Source: Eledone cirrhosa
Lineage: Eukaryota
Assembly (NCBI GenBank): GCA_964016885.1
Contig: OZ024747.1
Span: forward strand, 53,258,001-53,322,000
DNA: 64,000 nt
Reading direction: 5' to 3'
In this document: positions 56,098 to 64,000 of the stretch, one piece after another
How the letters are laid out: the number at the start of each line of letters is the position of its first letter
How positions within the stretch are numbered: the first letter of the stretch is position 1
Notes under the pieces: generated by a model
Database searches by the model: none
Told to the model about the DNA's origin: nothing
Seen by the model: the letters and a program-made list of their open reading frames with translations, nothing else
Translations under genes and position numbers: made by a program

Positions 56098-57067
56098 ACA
56101 AGTATTTAAGGAACACGCCGAGTACTACGATAACGCCCTTAGTAAAGCAGGCTACCTCAACAAAATAGAGTACATAGATGGGAACAATCAAAACACCCAA
56201 AATAAATCCCACATAGGTAGATATAATAACACAACACCAAACCACACTTACTACCATAGTATGCACACCAGTAAACCAACAAACAAAACTAATAGAAAGC
56301 GATGCAAAGAGTACTTATGGTATAACCCCGAATACAATAGCTCCATTAGTACAAATTTACCAGTACTCTTCTTTAAAATAATTAAAAGACATTTTCCCAC
56401 ATCACACAAATACCACAAAATCCTAAACCCTACCACTATAAGACTGTCATACTCTACAGCGTTAAACCTTGAACAACACATAAAAAAGATCAATACTAGA
56501 AGGTTAAACGAAAACACTAAGAACTTAAGTACAAAGAACCCCCAAAAAACAGTAGACAATACACTACAGAACATAAATAAACCACACCTAAGTTCGTCCG
56601 CAATACTACTCCAGAGAAAACCCAACGTACACAACTGTAACTGCACCTATCCTGACAACTGCCCCCTCGGCAATAACTGCCTGGAAAAAAATATTATTTA
56701 TAAGTGTACCATTAAATCCGGAGGCAACGAGTGGTATTACGTGGGATCAACGGCAACATCGTTTAAATCTCGATTGTATAGGCATTCTTACTCAATAAAA
56801 CACCAGAGCCAAAGAAATGTAACAACTTTAGCAGAGAAAGCTTGGACGCTCAGGGATAGCAATCAAAAGTTTACCCTAAAATGGGAAAAATTAGCTAAAA
56901 CCCAAAGCTTTTCCAGGAGCCAAAATTTCTGCAAATTGTGTAATCTTGAGATTTATTACATAATCACACACAAGAAGAAACTGCTGAATAACAGAATTGA
57001 ACGAACATTATTCTGCCGTCACAGAACTAAAACCCTTTTTTCCCACTACAAGCCGAATATTACATAA
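56098..57067 (+). pseudogene. 5'-truncated Penelope-like (Neptune-type) thumb/linker + GIY-YIG, frame intact
   Basis: YYDNALSKAGY, LWYNPEY, HFPTSHKYHKILN..RLSYST, CNCTYPDNCPLGNNCLEKNIIYKC, YVGST..FKSR, CKLCNLE, CRH. Confidence 0.92.
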
Positions 57068-57336
57068 AAAAGGGACATCCCCCAACTATATAAACCTTAA
57101 TCTAGTTAGAAAAATATAAAAACAATCTCTTTTCAACATATATTAATAACCTTAAATTACCATACTAATAATGAAAAGATATGCTGATGAGAATAGGTAC
57201 AAATATGCGATAATGAATGTGTCTAAAAACGTCCATAAGTATGTATATATATGTGAAAATGTATATAAATAAGTAAATATATATATATGTTTGATGTGTA
57301 TAGTTAGATGTAAGTGTATTCATGTATTAAAGTGCT

Positions 57337-57369
<33 letters not shown>

Positions 57370-58159
57370 ATATGTGTGTATATATGTATGTGTATATATA
57401 TATATATATGTATATATATGTATATGTATATATGTATATATATATGTGCATGTATGTGTATATGGATGTGTATGTATGTGTATGTGTGTACACATGGACT
57501 AGAGTATGTATGTATATATGTGTGTGTCTATACGTGTGTATATATAAAGATAAGTTGAGTATGAAAATGTATACACATGAGCGCGTATGTATGTACATGA
57601 ATACATGTGTGTATATATATGTGTATGCATGTGTATATATATGTAAGTATGAATATGTGAATTGTGAGTATATGTATTTTGTAGAGGTGTGCAAATATAT
57701 TTGTGTGTGAATGCGTGGGTGAAAGAATACGTACACTTGAAAGAAAAATTGAAGTCTGAATGTTAAGTGCAAACACAAAACCAACCACGCATATCTTTAC
57801 TATCTCTAATCCTTCTATAGATTTAGAAAAATAACCAATAATATATTCTATAAAAAATGTCAAAACAACAGATGGGAATCTAATTAATCACTGCCACCAA
57901 GAATTCTCACTGCTATCGAAAAACCACTCCTTCAACTATTCTTCTAACAACTTCACCCCTTCCTCCTAATATTCTCTATAAAAACTAAATAGGTCCTCAG
58001 TAATATTATTCTGATGAAATGACAGTAAATAATAACATTGAAATATTGAATGTCTGCATAACTAAAAGTTTGTAGATAGCTGTTTTAGGTTATGTAACTG
58101 TTATAGAAACACGTGTCAATAAATTCCTTTCAACTAAACTGTATCCATTCAAATCTTTC

Positions 58160-58191
<32 letters not shown>

Positions 58192-58229
58192 ATATAAATA
58201 TATATTATATATACATATATATTATAGAT

Positions 58230-58281
<52 letters not shown>

Positions 58282-58346
58282 ATGTATGTATGTATGTATG
58301 TATGTATGTTTGTATATATATGTATGTATATATGTATGCATATATA

Positions 58347-58942
58347 GTTGGTGCTACTGGTAACATGTATCCCAGTACAACCTGTCTCATGGTCGGGTCG
58401 TTGGCGACTAAACTGGCAACCCCACCAGGGTTTCTTGGTGAGGAGGGTGACTTTGGACACCCTGCAGACTAAAATCAAAACCTGTCAAAGGGCAAATGAC
58501 CTCTTAAGAGTCAATGGCCATCCAAAATCACAGGGAGAGATGACCCCTTAGCCTTTGTCAAGGCAGAATTCTAGGAGAAGGAAAACTCTGATATAACACC
58601 TGCAACCCTGATGGTATCCAATGATGTTGACTTGTTCTTCTTTTTGGTAAATATCATCTTGGTTAAGAGAGTGGGACTGGCTTTGTGCAGTGCCTTTGCT
58701 CACTATAAAAGCTTCACGGCACAGGCATTGCTTTATATCTGGAGATCTCTCTGCACTTGTCGTCACATGGTACCATGGGCCCAGCACTATGTGTCAATAA
58801 TTGTCACAAGTGTAGTGTTTGTACCAGAGTTTTCAAGTCGCTGGTTGGACTAAAAAGTCACACTCGTTCAGCGCATCGGTAGGGGTTCTCCTACATGGAT
58901 ATAAAGTAGTGGCCATACTCGAAAACGAGTTGGCAGCCACCA
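58347..58942 (+). mobile_element. RTE-5'UTR-like element
   Basis: Homologous to 22228-22835. Confidence 0.75.
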
Positions 58943-59049
58943 TATATGTATATACGGCGTCACGCAGTAATACAGGGTACCCGACCTCCCATGGGTACAT
59001 GCTGAAGCATATAAACAATATGCCCCCCCCCCCCCCCCCCCACCGCAAG

Positions 59050-59315
59050 GTGGTCGTGGAGGTGCCACGGCAAAAAAGCACCCAGCCCACACTGTAAAGT
59101 GGACGTGTAGGCGCCACGAAAAAGCACCCAGCACTCACTGTAAATGAGGTTGGTGTTAGGAAGGGCATCCAGCTGTAGAAATCAAGCCAGATCAGTTCCT
59201 GTATGAGCAAGGCATGGTCAGCCGACCAGTCACTGCCCACAACAGGACAACCCGTCTAACCCATGCTAGCGTGGAAGAACGGACGTAAAACGGTGATGAT
59301 GATGATGATGATGAT
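59050..59315 (+). mobile_element. SINE 3' part (Meta-domain-like, RTE-type (TGA)n tail)
   Basis: GGTGTTAGGAAGGGCATCCAGCTGTAGAAA; copy at 62302-62500; tail CCATGCTAGC..GGA..ACGGACG..(TGA)n. Confidence 0.7.
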
Positions 59316-59574
59316 ATATATATGTATATATATATATATGTATGTATCTATGTTTGTAGATATATATATATATATATGTGTAAGTATGTACACATGTATA
59401 TATATATGTATGTATATGTATGTGTATATGTGCATGTTTCATATTCCATAATGCAACAGGTATCTGAGATGGAGGGGGTAACTTCTTAAGCACCACCCTC
59501 GAGTGAGAGGGGTGAAGATCAATGTGTGTTGTCTGATTAAAAGGGCCAGTTACAGAGGTGAATGGGTGTAGCTG

Positions 59575-59577
59575 ATG

Positions 59578-59647
<70 letters not shown>

Positions 59648-60380
59648 CTATGTTGATCATAGCTGCTGTTAACAGTAACAGTAGTACTAGTGGTGGTGGC
59701 AGTGGTTGTGGTGTTGGTGGTGGTGGTGGTGGTGGTGGTGGTGGTGGTGATCTTGGTGGTGGTTGTTATGATGGTGGTGGTATGGTGGTGGTATGGTGGT
59801 GGTGGTGCTGATGGTGGTATGGTGGTGGTGGTGGTGGGCGTATGGTGGTGGTGGTGGTGGTGGTGGGCGTATGGTGTTGATGGTGGTGGTTGTTATATGG
59901 TGGTGGTGGTGGTGGTAGTTGTGGTGTTGGTGGTGGTGGTTGTGTGTGATGGTGGTGGTTGTTATGTGGTCGTGGTGGTGGCAGTGGTGATCTTGGTAGT
60001 GGTTGTTATGATGGTGGTGGTATGGTGGTGGTGGTGGTGGTGGTATGGTGGTGGTGGTGGTGGTGGTATGGTGGTGGTGGTGGTGGTGGTGGCAGTGGTG
60101 ATCTTGGTAGTGGTTGTTATGATGGTGGTGGTATGGTGGTGGTGGCGGTGGTGGTTGTGGTGTTGGTGGTGGTGGTTGTGTGTGATGGCGGTGGTTGTTA
60201 TGTGGTGGTGGTGGTGGTGGTGGTTGTGGTGTTGGTGGTGGTGGTGGTGGTGGTCTGGTGGTGATGGTGGTACCAGTGTTGAGTATGGTGGTGGTAATTG
60301 TGGTGGTGGTACCAGTGTTGATTATGTGCTGGTGGTGGTGGTGGTGGTGATGTTGACAGTGATGTTAGTTGTGGTGATGA
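59575..60380. repeat. (GTA)n/(GGT)n low-complexity tract
   Basis: Trinucleotide periodicity. Confidence 0.9.
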
Positions 60381-60654
60381 CAATCAAATCAATAAAACCT
60401 AATTAACCATCCAGGTAACAAAGTTTTCTTTTCCCTTCTACCTTGCATCAGTTCTTACTTGTCTGCCCCACCCTCGCACCACCATTGCATATGTAACTAA
60501 CCCTTTCACCCTCTTGGTACCTTACACTATATCTTTCAGCTCTTTGTGTTCAGATGTGAAATCCTGCTGTGTCCTAGGTTATAGACATAAGCCGTTACCT
60601 GGTTTAATATCATCCATTGATCCTAAGGTTCCTTTTAGCAGGGCATACTTTATT

Positions 60655-60810
60655 GCAGTGCATTGGCAGTCATTAGGACATCGGATAGAATGCTTTATGG
60701 TATTCGTTTCAGTTCTCTGCACTCTGAGTTCAAATCCCGCCAAGGTCAACTTAGCCTTTCATCCTTTTGAGTTCGATAAAAAAAGAATACCAGTCTAGTA
60801 CTGGGGTTGA
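60655..60810 (+). mobile_element. tRNA-derived SINE
   Basis: GAGTTCAAATCCCGCC and GCCTTTCATCC core. Confidence 0.75.
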
Positions 60811-61184
60811 TTCTTCCTCTATATCTCTTTCTCATTTCCTCTCGCTCATTTTCTATCTTTCTCTGGAAAAAATCTGCTGGACTCGAGCCTGGAGAATGAT
60901 GGGCTCCACCAGGCTTAAAATGCCCCTAAGAAACGCTGTATGTCACTACGGCATCTTTATAACTATCAAGGGTTACGGGACCATACATACTTTGTTGTGA
61001 GTATTCACTCGAGGTCTGCAGTTTGAAGATACCTTGCTTCATTCTTCACAGTGTGTGACAAAGCTGGCTGTTTTAATTAACAAGAGTTATTTTCAACACG
61101 CTGATGCATATGTGTATATATGTGTGTGTAGATTGTACACACAAGTGATGTGAATGTTAGACGCTGTTTTCTCCTTCCTTCTTC

Positions 61185-61575
61185 ACCTATCTCTAGTGTG
61201 TGACATCACCACCCCTTCCTTCCTCAGTTATCTCTAGGGCATGACGTCACCACCCCTTCCTTCCTCAGTTATCTCTAGTGCGTGACGTCATCACCCCTTC
61301 CTTCCACAACCATGTCTAGTGTGTGACATCATCACCCCTTCTTTCACAACCATGTCTAGTGTGTGACGTCATCACCCCTTCTATCACAGCCATATCTTCA
61401 ATCATCTCTAGAGCGTGATGTCATCAACCCTTCCTTCCCCAGTCATCTCTACTGCATGGCCTCATCAGCCTTTCCTTCCCCAGTCATCTCTACTGCATGG
61501 CCTCATCAGCCCTTCCTTCCTCAGTCTTCTCTAATGCATGATCTCATCACCCCTTCCTTCCTTACTCATCTCTGG
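61185..61575. repeat. ~41-bp degenerate minisatellite
   Basis: Recurrent TCTCTAGTGYGTGACRTCATCACCCCTTCCTTCC. Confidence 0.85.
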
Positions 61576-62101
61576 TGACAGAAAGACAGATGGTCAGACG
61601 GAAGTCACTCACATTTATATATAAAAGGCACAGCTCATTATTTCCAACAGAGTAGGCTGAAGCAATGTGATATAATGTCTTTCAGGTAACCAAACACTTG
61701 GCCTTACAATTGTGAACCAAACACTCTAACCACCAAACCACATATTCTCAAGTGTTAACACCAGCTTAAATATTATTCAATAGCTTGTATTTAAGACAAA
61801 AAAAAAGGGAGTTTCTTTTGGTAGGTATTCTGTAAATTCTGTATGTTAGCAGAACAAAGAGCATTGTGGAAGATATCTCTAAAATGTAGAATGTAACTCT
61901 ATATTAGTGTTGTTAAAGTCTAGATGATGGTGAAGTGTCTTTGTTTCTTTGGAAGAGAGAGAAAAGTTCTTAACTTTAGAGGAAGAATTGAACAAAATTT
62001 AAAACAAGACATGGTCATACATACAAACATATATATATATGTGTGTATATATAAATACATTCATACAAACAAACATACATATATAAAAAATACATGCATA
62101 G

Positions 62102-62142
<41 letters not shown>

Positions 62143-62693
62143 ATGGTGTTTATATATATATATATACCTTGCAATCAAAAGGTTGTGAGTTCAATTCTCA
62201 GACCGGGTGATATGTTGTTTCTAAAGCAAGACACTATATTTCACATTGCTCCAGTTTATGAGATGATAGGGACAGGAGTCCCTATCATTCCACTGCAAAC
62301 TGGTCGTGGAGGTGCCATGGCAAAAAAGCACCCAGCACTCACTGTAAAGTGGACATGTAGGCGCCACGGAATAAAAGCACCCAGCACTCACTGTAAATGA
62401 GGTTGGTGTTAGGAAGGGCATCCAGCTGTAGAAATCAAACCAGAATCAGTTCCCATCCCACCCTTACAAGCAGGGAAAAGCGGACATAAAAATGATGATG
62501 ATATATATATTTATTAAAATAACAGATTAAAGTTTAAGCAAAGAATCACTGCTTTCACCCTTAACAGGATCTTCTGAAACTAAAATATTTGCTCTACGGT
62601 TCTTATATATTTGATATATATTTATCTTTATCGAGCCCTCTTTGGATTTTAGTCTTCAAATTTATTATTATTATTATTGTGGATTGGCAGTAA

Positions 62694-62878
62694 GGGCCGT
62701 GGATTGGCAGTATCGGTAGAGAGTCGGACGCCATGCTTTCCAGCATAGTTACGTCCCTTTACGGTCAGAGTTCAAATCCCGTCGAGGTTAACTTTGCCTT
62801 TCATCCTTACGGGGTCGATAAAATAAAGTACCAGTAATGTACTGGGTAATTGCTGGCCTTGTGCCAAAAGTAGAAACA
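62694..62878 (+). mobile_element. tRNA-derived SINE, full length
   Basis: Same family as 14883-15072. Confidence 0.9.
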
Positions 62879-63565
62879 CTTATTATTACTATATAAGCGG
62901 ACATAAAATGATGAATGAATATATATATATATGTGTGTGTGTGTTCTACAGGATGTAATGGTGAGGGATATTGTTAATATCGTGTGGGTGGGGTGAGTGG
63001 GTGAAGGAGAGATTGTTAGGGGGGTAAGTGTTGAATAAAGAGTAGGGGTAGCTGGTTAGTGTATGAGGAGAGGGGATGTAGTGATGTAGGTATGTGCTTG
63101 ATAGAAAGGGGCTGGTTATGGTGGAGAGATAGGAAAAGTTGGGTAGTGAGTCAACAGCTACAAAACTAAAATATATTCTTTACAGATTGAACAACTTTAT
63201 ATGTATTAAGTATTTATTTAAACTTGGACCTTTTAGTTGTTGAGCCAAGGAAATCTGGCCCTCAACCTACCTGAGGAATTAGTAAGTGTACTTGTTTAAT
63301 GAGTCAACCTACCCAGTAATGGTTAACATGGAAACAGGCATTAAATGATGATTATTCAATATCTGGGACTTTAAGACAAAGAAATATATACCCTCTTCCT
63401 GCTATATCAAGTGTTAACCTAATATATCCCTTCCATATACTGTACTGATTGTGTTGTTATTTCTGTTTACCTTTTACATACATATACACCTCAAATGAGA
63501 CAACTTGTCTATCCCATGCTAGCATGGAAAATGGATGTTAAACAATGATGATGAAGATGATGATA

Positions 63566-63809
63566 ACGAAGGAGGTGTGGTAAGGAACCAGATGGACCAT
63601 AACGCACCAGAGTACTCAATATTTAGGGTAGGAGAGTGGGTAATAAGAAAATGTTTAACCCCGACGGCAGAGCTCAAGGTGTTTCAACGGCTATTTCCGG
63701 ACTAAATAGTCTAGAAATAGTCCAGAAATAGTCCAGAAATAGTCCAGAAATAGTCCAGAAATACCCGTCGAAACGGCTTCAGCTCTGCCGTCGGGGTTAA
63801 ACATTTTCC

Positions 63810-63811
<2 letters not shown>
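63566..63811 (-). mobile_element. Hairpin+tail element, copy 9, with reiterated 11-mer at the centre
   Basis: Homologous; about five AGAAATAGTCC units at 63706-63763. Confidence 0.88.
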
Positions 63812-63864
<53 letters not shown>

Positions 63865-64000
63865 TTATATATATATAAAGTGAGAGATAGAGAGGGGGAG
63901 GGCTAGGAATAGATCAATCTCCAATATTGATCTATCCAGTTTCCCAGGTGAAAATTCACTTTAAAGTTGCACATGTTCTATAGATTTGGGTTTTATTGAA

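Noticed and set aside
58004-58065. CTGATGA-AATG..CATT-GAAA downstream of the 56-kb PLE
   Set aside because: Stems I and III pair poorly; possibly a decayed HHR, so not called as a feature

Overview
Very AT-rich, repeat-saturated animal genomic DNA. The SINE, RTE and microsatellite content suggests a mollusc, probably an octopod cephalopod (inference). I see no convincing host gene, and most long ORFs in the track are microsatellite artefacts. The window holds decayed Penelope-like retroelements (PLEs: RT plus C-terminal GIY-YIG with a Neptune-type Cys linker), many tRNA-derived SINEs, RTE/Tx1/CRE-like LINE fragments, a mariner remnant, hAT/pogo MITEs, a Helitron-like element and several minisatellites. 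The main signal is a dense set of PLE-associated non-coding elements in (TA)n tracts. (i) About 16 minimal type-I hammerhead ribozyme (HHR) motifs. (ii) Two non-coding tandem units (483 and 466 bp period), each with a pair of intact HHRs, resembling retrozymes. (iii) Nine copies of a ~195-bp hairpin+tail element that reads as an HHR 3' half mirrored about stem II, with copy-specific variants shared by both arms. (iv) An ACTC...GAGTRCT stem placed about 3-8 nt after the arm/tail boundary in otherwise unrelated families. Together these suggest a fixed-site double-priming or fold-back integration mechanism (inference). Coordinates were read by eye, and repeat ends are approximate.
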